DNA from: Curvularia clavata
Taxonomy: Eukaryota
Direction of reading: 5' to 3'
Assembly (NCBI GenBank): GCA_023920165.1
Contig: CP089274.1
Coordinates: forward strand, 3,906,001 to 3,970,000
Length of the DNA stretch: 64,000 nucleotides
Both the position numbers and the translations under genes were made by a program. Shown here one piece after another: positions 1-12,400 of the stretch (the stretch's first letter is position 1; every line of letters begins with the position of its first letter). The notes under the pieces were generated by a model, which worked only from the letters and a program-made list of their open reading frames with translations, had not been told where the DNA came from and ran no database searches.

Positions 1-3
1 AAA

Positions 4-1092
4 TTGGACAATCTCCGATTAGGACCATTCGAAATCCTAGAGAAAATGGGACCCGTAAACTATAAACTACGGCTACCACCAGGCATGCGCATACACAACG
101 TTTTTCACAAGAAACTGCTAGAACCTGCACCCCCAGAAGCCGAGCTAATGGACGATATCGAGCTCGAGGACGACGAATATACGGTCGAAGAAATCAAGGA
201 CCTACAGAAAATAGGCGGTCAGTGGAAGTACTTGGTCAGGTGGGAAGGATGGCCAGATAGCCACAACACTTGGGAACCTGAAGGAAACTTGACGAACTGC
301 AGGTCACTGGTACGCGAGTACCATCGGAAACATCCACGGAAGCGAGGGACGGACCCTCGAGGGAAAGGAAATAATCAAGTGAAAAAGGGTCGTAAGAAAC
401 GTCAGCCTGTAACCAGCCCAAGTCAGTCGACAGTCCGGGTAGCGATGGTTCGGTTGTCGGATGGTCCGTACCAGGGGCGGAGCTCCCCTCGGCCTGCTCT
501 TGCGCACGATCCTGAAGGCTCAAGATGGCATGATCTCGATCAGCAAATTCTCGCTCTCGCGCCTCAACCTCTAGGAGCTCGCGCCGAAGTCGCGCAGTCT
601 CCATCGCAGCCTGAAGCTGGCGCTCCTCAGCACGAGCAATCTCGAGACGCTTTTGCCGCTTCTCAGCCTCGACCTTCTCCCACTCTTCCTCAGAAACAAA
701 AAGGCTACACTCAGCGGAAACCGAAATACAACCAGCGCAGCGACCAGATGCTGTGTCCACGAAACAACGAAGATTCTTCTCTTCACAACGTTTACACCGA
801 AAAGTCATCTCGCGGCCTTGTTCCCTTATACGGTCAGCGCGGGCCCGACGCTGAAGAGTCGAATTCTGGTTACGGACACGACGAGTTGGTTGAACCTTGG
901 GCATGGTTAGGAAGGCATGGAGGAAGAAGCGCCTACGACACAACGGGCATACCTCGATACTTATCCAAGCCACCAGCGCCAAGCGACGCACGGGAAAACG
1001 ATAATCCAGGGTATCGGGACGATAACCCTAAGAGGGGGGATAATGTTACAAGTAACAAAGAAGGATCTCTCCTTGACGATGGCCGCAGGTAG
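4..1092 (+). CDS. pol: Pol C-terminus (integrase GPY/F region + chromodomain) with long open extension running into the LTR; 5' part outside window
   Basis: ORF track 4..1092; chromodomain at about aa 58-108; frame stays open across the antisense gene. Confidence 0.88.
   Translation: MDNLRLGPFEILEKMGPVNYKLRLPPGMRIHNVFHKKLLEPAPPEAELMDDIELEDDEYTVEEIKDLQKIGGQWKYLVRWEGWPDSHNTWEPEGNLTNCRSLVREYHRKHPRKRGTDPRGKGNNQVKKGRKKRQPVTSPSQSTVRVAMVRLSDGPYQGRSSPRPALAHDPEGSRWHDLDQQILALAPQPLGARAEVAQSPSQPEAGAPQHEQSRDAFAASQPRPSPTLPQKQKGYTQRKPKYNQRSDQMLCPRNNEDSSLHNVYTEKSSRGLVPLYGQRGPDAEESNSGYGHDELVEPWAWLGRHGGRSAYDTTGIPRYLSKPPAPSDARENDNPGYRDDNPKRGDNVTSNKEGSLLDDGRR
236..904 (-). CDS. Retrotransposon-borne antisense protein: Zn(II)2Cys6 cluster + coiled coil + acidic/aromatic tail
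   Basis: CKRC-EEKNLR-C-FVDTASGR-CAGC-ISVSAE-C = CX2CX6CX8CX2CX6C; EEEWEKVEAEKRQKRLE...RLRRELLEVEARERE coiled coil; start MPKV chosen by homology with copy at 46522. Confidence 0.85.
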   Translation of the reverse strand: MPKVQPTRRVRNQNSTLQRRARADRIREQGREMTFRCKRCEEKNLRCFVDTASGRCAGCISVSAECSLFVSEEEWEKVEAEKRQKRLEIARAEERQLQAAMETARLRRELLEVEAREREFADRDHAILSLQDRAQEQAEGSSAPGTDHPTTEPSLPGLSTDLGWLQADVSYDPFSLDYFLSLEGPSLASVDVSDGTRVPVTCSSSSFLQVPKCCGYLAILPT

Positions 1093-1550
1093 GAGACCAT
1101 TGGGCGACACGTCAGAAGGTAATGATCCCCGCGGAAGGGCGATCACATGACTGGCCTCAGGCCAAGACCGGGAAACCACGCTAGTATGTGAGGACACGCT
1201 CACACGTGACCAAAGTGACTTCAGGGACTTCAGAGAACACAGGGGTTATTCCGTGAGGACAGTGAGGACAGGACCGGAAGCAATGGGTATAAGAATGTGT
1301 TGGATTTCATTATTACACTCGTTGTGGTCAACTCAGCAAAGTATCTTTCATAGTTACCTTTCATACTCAGATTGATACTAGTTATTCTATCTTCCAATAG
1401 GATTGGTTTTGTCTATCTTCCGTTAATCCCTACCACCGAATCGCCAGACAACTACCTCACGGTATACTTCATAGAAACTGGCCTCGCCCTAACCCGGAAT
1501 CTAGGCTAGGTAAGTATATTCCCAACTAACCAGTAGGACCCCGTGTAACA
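1044..1550 (+). repeat. 3' LTR of family A (507 bp)
   Basis: TG...CA ends with TGTTACA/TGTAACA inverted termini, preceded by PPT; ends match LTR at 39076-39587. Confidence 0.93.
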
Positions 1551-4500
1551 CATTCCTCTTGTATTAATAGTCTTATGGCAGGGGATAGAGATGGCCTGCT
1601 TAGATAACCGGTCGATTACGACTATAATTATGTCGTAACTAGATTGGTTTTGGGGAAATTCCTTAAAGTCGATGTATAGGTACTGTATTAGCTGGTTAGA
1701 AATTGGTAAAGGATAAATTATCTCTAGAATTTGGGTCTATTTAGAATAGGTCTTCTTATAAGCTATATAATTCTGTATATACTTTTTATAGATAGATTTT
1801 ATATCCTTCTAGTAGTACTTCTAGGATAGTAGTTAGTAGGTCTTCTTTATACTGGGGTGCGCTAAGGATATCTAGTTATATACTTTCTAAATAAGGCGAG
1901 TTATAAAGGTAGAAGTGGAAGGAATGTATAGGCGGTTGGAATAGAGTAGAAGTCCGTTTTCGATCTAGTATCTGTCTGGAAGGGACCTTTACTCTGCCCT
2001 AAATAAGGTTTGGTTTTCTTATAGAATAGACTTAATTAGCTCTAGCGAATTGAGGGATATTGGCTCCAATATAGGCTTAACTATAAGTAAGGAGAAAGAT
2101 TCCGCTTAGAGTTAGGCTATATAGGTCTTAGCAAGTTTGGAGTTAATTTAGTTGTTAAGTTAGTGCGGTTCTAGAAGGACCCGCGAATGGTTGTCGATTT
2201 GGGCTATCTTTAGATTCCCTATATCTTACTCTTATTAGGAGAGGATATTAGCACGAGCATTATTCTTTCTAGGGGTGTATTGGATGTGGAAATTAAAGGA
2301 TGCTAATTCTTCCGCCTATCGCACTTAGCGGGCATTTAGGACTTTAGTAGTTATAAAGTATTTGAGGGAATGGTGGTCTAAGTACATATTAACACGAGAG
2401 CGTATTAATAGTAGCTCTAGTCGCTACTTGCTAAACGCTGTTATGATGGCGAATAGTTCTTTGTCGTGTATTTCCTAGTTTAGCTCAGACCTAGATAGGA
2501 CCTTGCTGAAGAATGCTATAGAATACCAATTTCTATTTGGCTGCTTTTGGGAAAGAACGCCTGCTATAACGCCATTGGACGCGTTGGTCTCTATCTTAGT
2601 ATTATACTCTAGATGGTAGTGGTATAAAGTAGGAATTGCTAGTAGTGTAGATTTTAACTTTTTAAAGGCTTGGTCGCACTCTAAATTCTATATAAATGGT
2701 CTTGAAGGGCTCTAGAGGGTAAGAAGAGGTTTTGTAATTCGCGAGTATTTAGGAACGAACTATCTATAGAATCTAGTAAACTCTAGAAATAACTTTACAC
2801 TAGTAATAGTAGTAGGTTGGACCTAATCTTAAAGGGCTTCTACTTTGTTAGGGTCTACCTCTAGACTTTAGTTAGTTAAAATATACTCTAGGTATTTAGT
2901 CCGAGTGATATGGAATTCGCTTTTCTTAATATTAACTTGAAGACTGGCTTGTCTAAGCCTTTCTAAGATCTATTATACGTGGCGGGGGTGGTCTAGTTCC
3001 GATTTAGAGTAGATTAAAATATTGTCTAGATAGACTATATAGAAGCTATCTAGATAATTAATTAATATATCATTTATATAGCGTTAATATATTGTAGGGC
3101 TATTATATAATCTAAAAGGTAACACTTTAGACTTGTAGGTTCTGTATCTAGTGCGGAATATGGTGTACTCCTCTAAGTTAGGGTGTATTCGGATCTTGTT
3201 GAATGCCGCACGTATGTTGAGCTTGGTGAAGATTTTCGCCTTATAGGTGTGGGCTAGAAGCTTATTAATGCGTGGTATTGGATACGTATTCTTTCTAGTA
3301 ATTGCGTTAAGTCGGCGGTAATTTATATAGATGCGAATGTCTCTGTTTAGCTTCTGAATATAAAAGACTAGAGAGGCGAAAAGGTAGTGGCTTAGATTAA
3401 TATATCCTTTTCTAAGATTTTTTATTATAAACATCTTAGTAGCTTTAAGTTCTTTAGTGCTCTGTTTGTATAGAGGACTGAATTAATTTAGAAAAAGTTT
3501 AGTTAGTACAATCTTATAATTGTATAGACGATGTTCGGGCAGTAGCTCTACCGCTATCTTACTAAAGATATTGCGGTACGAATAGTAAGTGGATAGAAGT
3601 CGGTCCTAAATAAGTTTAGCGTTTTTAGAATTGTCTAGCTTTATACGCTCTTCTAAGATGCGATTAATCTTATAGATACTTATTATGAAGAACTCGTTTT
3701 TCTTACGCTTTATAGAATAATGGAAAGCATTTACTAAAATAATAGCGATACGGGGTGAAGATGTTGGTTGGATAGAGTCTAGAGTAGGGTTGGGAATAGA
3801 TGGTGGTAGACGAATTTTAGGAAGTTTGAGGCATTCTCTAATTCTTTATATAAGAGCTTTGCGAGGACTATTTTGCCTCTAGTAGTTATTCTTTTTCTAT
3901 AGTGCGTCTCGCCTCTGTATGTCCCATTCTATATTAATATTAACGGAAGATTGTTTTAACTATATAAGAATAGAGGGCGCAGGATTATATATTGGAGGGT
4001 ATTTAGCTGGCTATACGATTTGGTTCCAGCTCGTATTAAGCCTAAGCTGGAAATGTCTTAACTACTTAATTCTAATTATATAGTCCTATGTCCCTAGATC
4101 TATAATTATAAAGAGATAGTTATAAATTTTTCTTCTATCAATTCAGATATATAACTGAATATATTTGTCTATTCTAGTTTAGACTTAGTCCTGAAATTCT
4201 TTGACTATAATCTTGAAAAGAAGTCTTTAGATGGGGATCTAAAGAGAGATAGAAAGGGTACGAGTAATAGTAGAATTTAAGAATAAAAAACTTTAGGCTC
4301 TGGTGTTAACTAAGGAATGTAAGCTGACGCCAAAGCCTTTTGAATAAAGAATGGTGGGGACTAGGAAGTATTTTCCTCTAAATAAGTAGAATAAATTAAT
4401 TTTAGCTAGATTATACTTGTTTATATCTAGAGCGGAGAGTTTTTCTAGGCCTGGTAGTTTCCCGCCTAGTCCTCTTCTAATAAGTATTTGTGTGCTTCTT

Positions 4501-6201
4501 TGAATTCTTCCTTCTCTATTTTAATTTCTTGAACCTGAGGAATGGGGTACTTATTCGTATAATGTCTAGGTTTTCTATAGTTATAGTAATTACTAGTAGT
4601 TAGTTTGCTATCTAGTGCGGGGGTCTTTGAAGGGAATCTGGGGGTATTAGAATAAGTGCGAGATTGGGTTGGAGCTAGTTTAGATTGGAATCTATAAGTG
4701 TTTAGACGGTAGTCCTAGTATTAATTAACGCGGGGCTTTATTAGTAGAGTACAAGAATTATTAGAAGTAGGTTCCGAACCGTATCTAAAAGGAGTATTTT
4801 TTTTTTTAGTATTAAAGATAGTAAGGTGTTATATTATCTTGTTAAAGGAGTTATTCTACTAGTATTTAAATCCTAAGTTTGGAATACGTAAGGTAGAGGT
4901 AATTTTTTCCTATAAGTAGAAAAACTACTCCAACTTTGATATAGATTCTTTAATAGCAGTACTTATAAATTTTATCTTAAATTTAGTGAAGGTTTTCTTT
5001 TTATCTATAAGTAAGCGGTAGAAAGTAGTGCGGCTTTCTGCTTGCTCGTTGCTAGATACGAAGTATGATTTTAGAGTAGCTATTATATTTTTGGCGTTTT
5101 AGAACTGGTCCTCTACTAAATTGGCTAGATACTATAGTTCTAGGTATCTCTTGGCGATATCTATAGTATATCTCTAGACTAGAGCTATGCGTGCGCGTTT
5201 ACTCCGATAATAGTCTGTATTGATTGTTAAGCGGTTCTCTATTAACGCTTACTATTAGTAGAACGTAGGTTCTATTCTATTACTAAGGTTATTAATAGAA
5301 GAGGTACATTCTATAAGTTTAATACGTAGTAGGTTTAGGGTTACTAACTAGTACCTTCCAAATTGAGTTTTAGTTAGTTTAGTAATAGTTGGTGGTGATT
5401 TGGTAGAGGGGAGAGGTTGATCTAGGGCTGTGGTGTTTTGGCGGGATAGCCGTGCGATTTATTCGTTTAGCCTGTCAATTTCTATTTGAAGGAGGCTAGT
5501 CTTATTCTCTTCTAAATCCTCTTCCTTTTTGACGGCTGGCGGTTTGCTAGGCGTCTTCTCTCTTGACTTCAAATTTTAGAAGCGCGGCGACTTCCTAGAA
5601 AGCTCTCCTAAGCCAGATAGGGTTTGGTCAGCCATCGACGGTTGTCTTCGTGGCTAATGGGTTTTTAGTAGTCTCTAAGTCTCTACCCTGGCGCAATCTA
5701 CGCGACTTCTCTAAAGTTAACCTGACTATAATTAGTATAGGAGGTCTAAACTTAAAGGCTTTAGTCAGCGGGAGATTAAAGGGATCCCGCCTGTGTGTGA
5801 ATATAGGATATAATAGTATAAAGTATCTAGAGCGGTTCTAGAGGGACTTAGGCTTAGGCGCGGTCTTAATAAATAAGCTGCAATATTATTTTAAAGGCTG
5901 TTACTAGCTAGGACGAGATTTTTGATATAATATAACGGCGCGAGCAAGACTAGTCGAATTAGTTCTGGTAGGAAGTGTCACTCAAATATATATGGAAGTG
6001 CGTGGGATAGTAGAAACACCTTGGATTTGGTAGATACTTATAGGCCTGGTACGAAAGGATATTAAAAATCTACCGAACATCTATGGAAGGTACCTGGTAC
6101 TTATATTTGGGTGCGGGTCTTTATTAGGTCTAACCCGGCTCTTAATCGGATCTTGATAAGCTGCCCTGGCTGGGGTATGTTTTGGTCTATGCATGGTTAC
6201 A
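1551..6201 (-). mobile_element. RIP-degraded Ty3/Gypsy family C (5' LTR, gag, PR, RT, RNaseH, start of integrase), interrupted by family A
   Basis: RT-like ORF 3084-3434 (YRRLNAITRKNTYPIPRI...FRTRY); RNaseH ETNASNG/IHDKELFAI remnants at 2450-2590; GGGAAAC slippery site 4457-4463; TpA excess. Confidence 0.9.
5931..6201 (-). repeat. 5' LTR of family C (~271 bp)
   Basis: TATAAC (RIPed TGTAAC) ... GTTACA termini; family B sequence resumes abruptly at 6202. Confidence 0.7.
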
Positions 6202-9200
6202 GTTTCTAGAATAGGAAGCTAAACTTAGTAGATACTAAAACTAGGCCAGCGGACTACAAAGCTAGAAGAAAGGAGAAGGGCGTAACTCTAGAAATCCCTA
6301 AATAATATAGAGAATTTAAGCATCTATTTTAAGAGATAGTAGACGAATAAGTATTACTAAAGTATTAACTCTAGAACTATAAAATAGTCTTATAGGAAGG
6401 AAAGTAACTAACTTTTAGCCTAATTTACTAACTATTAGAATAAGAACTTATAGTACTATAAGAGTATATAGATAAGTTACTAGCAAAAGACTATATATAA
6501 CTGTTAAAATTCCTAGTAGAATATCCTATTATATTTATACTAAAAAAGAATAGAATAGATTGACTATATATTAACTATAGATAACTTAATAATATTATAG
6601 TTAAGAATTAATACCTACTACTAAATATTAGAGAACTTAGAGATCGACTATCTTAAATAGAGATCTTTACAGTATTAGATCTATAAGATAGATACTATCT
6701 TATTAGAATTAAGAAAGATAAAGAATAGAAAATAGCTTTCTAAATATAATATAGACACTACAAATATACAGTCATACTATTTAGGCTAACAAACACTCTA
6801 GCTATATTTTAAGAACTTATTAATAATGTACTTAGACTCTATCTAGATATATTTATTATTATCTACCTAAATAATATCCTAATCTATTCTAAGAACAAAG
6901 AATAATATACTAAGTATGTTAGAAAGATACTAAAAGCCCTAGACGAGTATAGTCTTCAACTTAAGCTAAAGAAGTATGAATTTTATAAGACTAAGGTTAA
7001 CTTCTTAAACTATATAGTAGGGACTAATAGAGTATAAATAAGTAAAGAAAAAATTAAGATTATTAAGAATTAGCTAATACTAAAGTTAGTTACAGATATT
7101 TAGTTATTTTTAGAATTTATAAATTTTAACTAAGAATTTATTAAAAATTATTTAAAGATCATAACACTAATAATACGGCTTATAAGAAAAAATACCCTAT
7201 AGAATTGGGATGAAAAGATAGATAACGCTTTTAAGATAATTAAAAAAGTATACACTATACTACTATACTTCAGAATATTTATTTTAGAAGTACTACTAAA
7301 ATTTAAAACTAACGTATTAGACCTAGCTCTAGAAAGATGCGCCAGCATCTATATTAATAGCAAATAGTATCTAATAGCATACTACTTAAGGAAGCTCTTA
7401 GGACTAGAAGAACAATATAACGTACACGACAAAGAACTACTAGCTATAGTAGCCTATATATAATACTAGAGAGTCTATATATATAGCTACTTAGAACTTA
7501 CTATATATATAGATTATAAGAACTTAACCTACTTTACTACTACTAAAATTCTTAACCGCCAACAGACCCAATAGGCTAAGCTGCTTAGGCAATACAAATT
7601 CAAAATCATATATATACTAGAAAAGGATAATAGTAGAGTAGACACTTTTAGTAGAAGGCTAGATATTATAAAGATAAAAATTATTATAAACTAACTAATA
7701 CTATAGATAAATAAGAATAGAACACTAAGTCTAGCATATAAGCTCAACCTACTTATAATAATTAGAAACGATATATCTAAAAACTAACAGAAAGTAATTA
7801 TTTAGTAATATCACAACGACCTCATACACAGACATCCTAGAATCGCCAGAATAATAGAACTAATTCAAAAAAACTTCGAATTCAGTAAAATAAAAAAAAA
7901 GTCGCAGCCTTTATCGCTAAATGCGAACACTATCAGAAAAATAAGCATAGCACACACACACCATACAGAGAAATATAAGCACTAGAACTACCAAACACCC
8001 CTTGGGCAGACATCTCTATAGACTTCGTTACAGAATTACCACTATCAATAGACCCCGTCACTAGTGCAATCTATAACACGATACTAGTTATTATTAACAG
8101 ATTCACGAAATACGCAGAATTCAGGAAATTTAGAAAAAACTATAATATAGTTAAACTAGCGCATATCTTCCTAGACGTTATTATCAGACAATACAGAATA
8201 CTAAAATTAATTATTAGCAATAGAGACAAGCTCTTTATATCTAACTTCTAGACTACACTCTAAGTAGAAATAGGTACTAAGCGAAAACTATCTATAGTAT
8301 ACCACCTTAAAACTAATAGACAAACGGAAAGAACAAACTATATAATAAAAATATATCTACAAATATACACTAACTATTAGTAAAATAATTAGGTATAATT
8401 ACTACTTATAGCATAACTAGCATATAACAATAAATTATTAGAATTAATAAAATAAATATTATTTTACGCAAACCACGGAAGATACCCGAATCTCTTTACT
8501 AGAACGTTACCAAGTTTAAAAACAAAAGTAGCTATCACTACAGCTAAAGAAATAAAAAAAATACACGAAGAACTACAAAAATCACTTAAAAAGGCTCAAC
8601 GCTAAAGCATCTCATATATCAATTAGAAAAGAAAAATAGCATCTTAGCTAAAAAAGAGAGATAAAGTATATCTACTTATAAAGAACTTTCACATAATATA
8701 ACTAAGCAAGAGATTAGACAACATTTATATCAGACTATTTTTAATTAAAACCTAGAACAGACTAGTTACCTATACACTTAATCTACCACCAGATATAAAA
8801 ATACATCTAAAGTTTCATATTAAGTTATTAAAACCTGCAGACTCTAAAACACCACTATAAAAAACATTCCATTTCAAACTAGAGAAAGAAGACGAGTTTA
8901 AAGTTAAGAAAATTCTAGCACACCAAACTATCTATAAAAGAATAGAGTATCTAGTTAAGTAGTTAGAATACAACTACAACAAAAATATATAGAAGTAGGA
9001 AACAAACCTTATAAACTATCTATAGAAGTTAGACCAATATCACCATATAAAGCCTCCTTATATCTAGAGTCACCTTCTAAAAAAAAAGATATAAACGCAC
9101 TCCAGTCTAAGGCCAAAATACTAAACATTAAGCCACCCTCTAACTACTCTATTTTCTAGTTAATACTCTCAATAGCCTCTAAAGCCTCAATTTCTTCTAC

Positions 9201-10070
9201 AAACTTTCTAGATTTATTAATCTACTATTACTTACAACACTTAAATATTTTCCTTTATTTACGAAGATAATTCTTTTTTATATAAGTAGCTACTAGCGAT
9301 TATAATACTATAGCCTTAGCTACGTCTATCTCAGACTCTTATTATTCTAAGCGCGCGAGCTCTTAGTCCAACTTTTCAAAGTTCGGAACCAGAACCTCTA
9401 CTAGAACGCACACCTTCACACCATTATAATAGCAATTCCTACACTCCTTCTTTAACGACGATATCCAACACTCCAGATTCTTCTTCGCACAGTATTAATA
9501 AGAAACTATCGCGAGATCGTCTATTCAATTAATTCAATCCCCAAGTATATAATAATAAGCAGTACTTCTAGAAACTATTATTAGTTTATAAGAATATAAA
9601 GCCTAGAAAAAAAAAATAGTATTATAAACCTAATAGAGAGAAATAGCACAAAATATAAGAAAAAAAAAAATAAAGCCTATATCAGGACCTCTTTAAAAGA
9701 AAACTATATTACCAGCCAATAATACATAAATAATCACACGTCCCATATACTTAGCGGAACACTACTATAGGATATATCACGTATATCCCACAGAATCCTA
9801 TACAATTCTATAATATCCCACATATAAAACAACGCGAAACATCATAGAATAGTATAGAATATAGAACACTCACTTAGTATATAGCAGTAGATATCAAACT
9901 CTTATAGCTTAATATATTCAACTTAAGTTACAAGTACAATATCTATAATATAATAGTTACTATAGAACCCCATTTATAACACACTATTGCTTTATCCACG
10001 AAAACCAACCTAAGAAGATCTTAACACCAGAAGTCTTATATTACTTCCACTCGAGATCATACTCTTAACA
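6202..10070 (+). mobile_element. Heavily RIPed family B chromovirus, RT to 3' LTR
   Basis: Colinear with 42605-46476, differing mostly by C>T/G>A changes; includes decayed antisense gene at about 9010-9578. Confidence 0.95.
9620..10070 (+). repeat. 3' LTR of family B (RIPed)
   Basis: Matches 39687-40139, 46024-46476 and 51060-51505; ends GATCATACTCTTAACA. Confidence 0.93.
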
Positions 10071-10650
10071 CCTAGCTCTGGCTGTCGCAAACCCCAAGGA
10101 ATACCCTTAAAATAGGGTCGCAATCGACGCTAGTAAAGCAGAGGATTTAGAGGCACCTAGACAGCTCACTAACGTCTATAGTAGAGGCTTTTAAAAAGGT
10201 CTTAAAGGGGGCAGCTATAATCGCGCATAAGCTAGTATTAGTATAAAAATGGATTAGTGAGCTTAAAGCAGCTAATACAGCTACTACGCGACGAAAATCG
10301 CATAAAAGAAAGCGGGTTCAGGCAGAGGGGACCTTAACAGTTGAAGATAGGGCGCGCTTAACTGCTCTCTAGGACTTTGGGGTGCGTAGTGATAGGAAGA
10401 AGTTAAAAAAGCAGAAGCGCGCTAAAGTGGGTGAACCGTCTCAACAGCGGTGTGGACGGTGCAATAGGACTAGACATAACGCGTAAACGTGTAAGAATAA
10501 AGCAGAAGTAGGCTCTAAATAGTATTTTATATTTTTTTACATTAAACTAGCCAAGGTTGGGCTATATTAGGCCATAATGTGGTGGTTTTAGTGGGGTCTT
10601 GGCAAAAGTGGACCGCGAACCCGTGTGGACCGCGAACCCGTGAGGTACGT
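10071..10650 (+). mobile_element. Fot1/pogo-type DNA transposon, 3' end
   Basis: Transposase C-terminus WLSQTPRN...RHLDSS...RCGRCNRTRHNA zinc knuckle; TIR with tandem GTGGACCGCGAACCCGT repeats ending GGTACGT followed by TA. Confidence 0.88.
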
Positions 10651-11329
10651 TATATAGGGAATATATTCTGAAATTTAATTGAAGAAATATGCTGTTTTGG
10701 TGGAGTAATGGCTGTTGTAATCATGGGAGTTAATTTGGGTGAGGGCGGGGCTTCCGCTAGCGCGGCGAAACTTTAGTCACATAGCTGTAGAATGCGCCAA
10801 CAGATCTTCGCGTACCAGAATCGAGCTCGGTGGTTAATGTTATAATATAAGATCCTCCCACAACATAGGCTGTTCAGCATCCATCTACGTGTCCTAGATG
10901 CGAGTGACGAGCTTTCAATAAGCGTGCAGGCGATAGACTTCATTAGAGTCTCTCTGTTGTCTTACGCTCGTGGTTAGCGACAACGATGTTAGCGACGACG
11001 CCCACGCCAGCGACATCTGCAACGCTACTGCAACGCACGATTAGGCGATGCCCACAACGACGGCAGACATGATAAATATGATAAGATATACTAAGATTCG
11101 ACGTATCGATAGCGAGCATGATACAGCGGCACCAGATAAGCAGAAATGGTTATTGAAAGGCATAAACCCAGTACTACTCATTATCATGGCGGCGCGTACG
11201 ATGACGATAGGCACAAAAGGTACTGTTCGACCACAATTCCTAGGCATGATAGACAGAATCATTATAAGGCGCAAATCTATAACTTCTAACATCCCTTACT
11301 ATGTAATTAGAACTGAACCGTCCTTCGTA

Positions 11330-11969
11330 GTTCTCCGCACTGTAGGCTAGCTTGATCAGTATCCCCAGCACTTGAACGTGCTGCGCGTGAGTTATGACGG
11401 CTTTCTACCATTAAGGGTGATGGTAGTATCGTCCGTAAAATCTTTTAGAACGTTTGCAATTCTCGTATTTGTCGGTGGGTCTTCAATGCCCTCGCTAATA
11501 TCGGCCAATAGCGCAATCAAGGTTTGGTTCCTTCGCAGAGCCCTATCTTGTGTTAGCCAATGTATAAGAAGGGAGGTAATTAGATTGCATCACACTCCTG
11601 TAAGCGATCCTGGCGTGCTTGATCATAATGGCACTTAACGCCCTGATTCTCACAACTGATGCAGCGTGGCCTATCGGCAGAGCATTTTCTTTCTATGAAG
11701 GTCAGCTTAGATTAGTTGTATACCAAACTACCGTAAGTCTGCTGCTTATGTAGAGTAATGTAAAAGGCATCTTACTCTGCTTGCGGCATTGGGTACACTG
11801 TACGGCTGTCAGTGGTGGCAACGACGGCTTCATAATGCCCTACTGCTTTCTTTACTCGAGTGCCACGGACTCGTGTCTTTTGCATGGTAACTGGGATCTT
11901 GTTCTGTTGTTTAAGCCTAGGAATTGCAACCTCAGCCTGATGGCCATTCGACGCACAATTTCTCTCCAT
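11330..11969 (-). pseudogene. Zn2Cys6 transcription factor pseudogene (paralogue of 61115-62507)
   Basis: VAIPRLKQ N-terminus; CTQCRKQ / intron / KCSADRPRCISCENQGVKCHYDQARQDRL; in-frame stops; C-terminal domain not seen. Confidence 0.75.
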
Positions 11970-12254
11970 CTAATACAATGAGCTCTTTAGTACTTTTTAA
12001 TATAGAAGAAAGGCTTCTTTGTCTGTATTCTGAAGTTTTTGAAGGCCAATCGAATATTAATAGCGGGAGGAGGCTGTCAGAAAGAACATCGAGATTTAGC
12101 GCAGAAAACCGCAATTTTGATCAGCGGCTCAGCTCCCCGAACGAATCAGAAACGTGACAAGACCGCTTTTAGGCCACTTTTCTTTAATTACAATCTATGA
12201 GGCAATGTCTATGTAAAATTTGTGTCAGCTGAGACTAGAGTGGGTAAGATGTTG

Positions 12255-12400
12255 TGTTACAAGTAACAAGAAAGATTCTCTCCTTGACGAGGAGCAAAGG
12301 TTTAAAGGTCAACCAACGCCAGAAGATAGGGATCATCGTGGGGCGACGATCACGTGACATGGAATTCCGCCAAGGCTGGCTCAGTTGTCATCCCACGCGG
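12255..12400 (+). repeat. Family A-related LTR fragment
   Basis: Starts TGTTACAAGTAACAAGAAAGATTCTCTCCTTGACGA like 1044; similarity lost after ~150 bp. Confidence 0.75.

Larger units (their letters stand above)
1..1550 (+). mobile_element. Ty3/Gypsy chromovirus family A, 3' part (integrase C-terminus, chromodomain, antisense gene, PPT, 3' LTR); apparently not RIP-mutated
   Basis: GPF/GPVNYKL integrase C-terminal motif, chromodomain YLVRWEGWPDSHNTWEPEGNL, PPT AGAGGGGGGA at 1031-1040, LTR TGTTACA...TGTAACA. Confidence 0.95.

Noticed and set aside
11041..11350. Opposing short hydrophobic ORFs
   Set aside because: No recognisable motif or homologue within the window.
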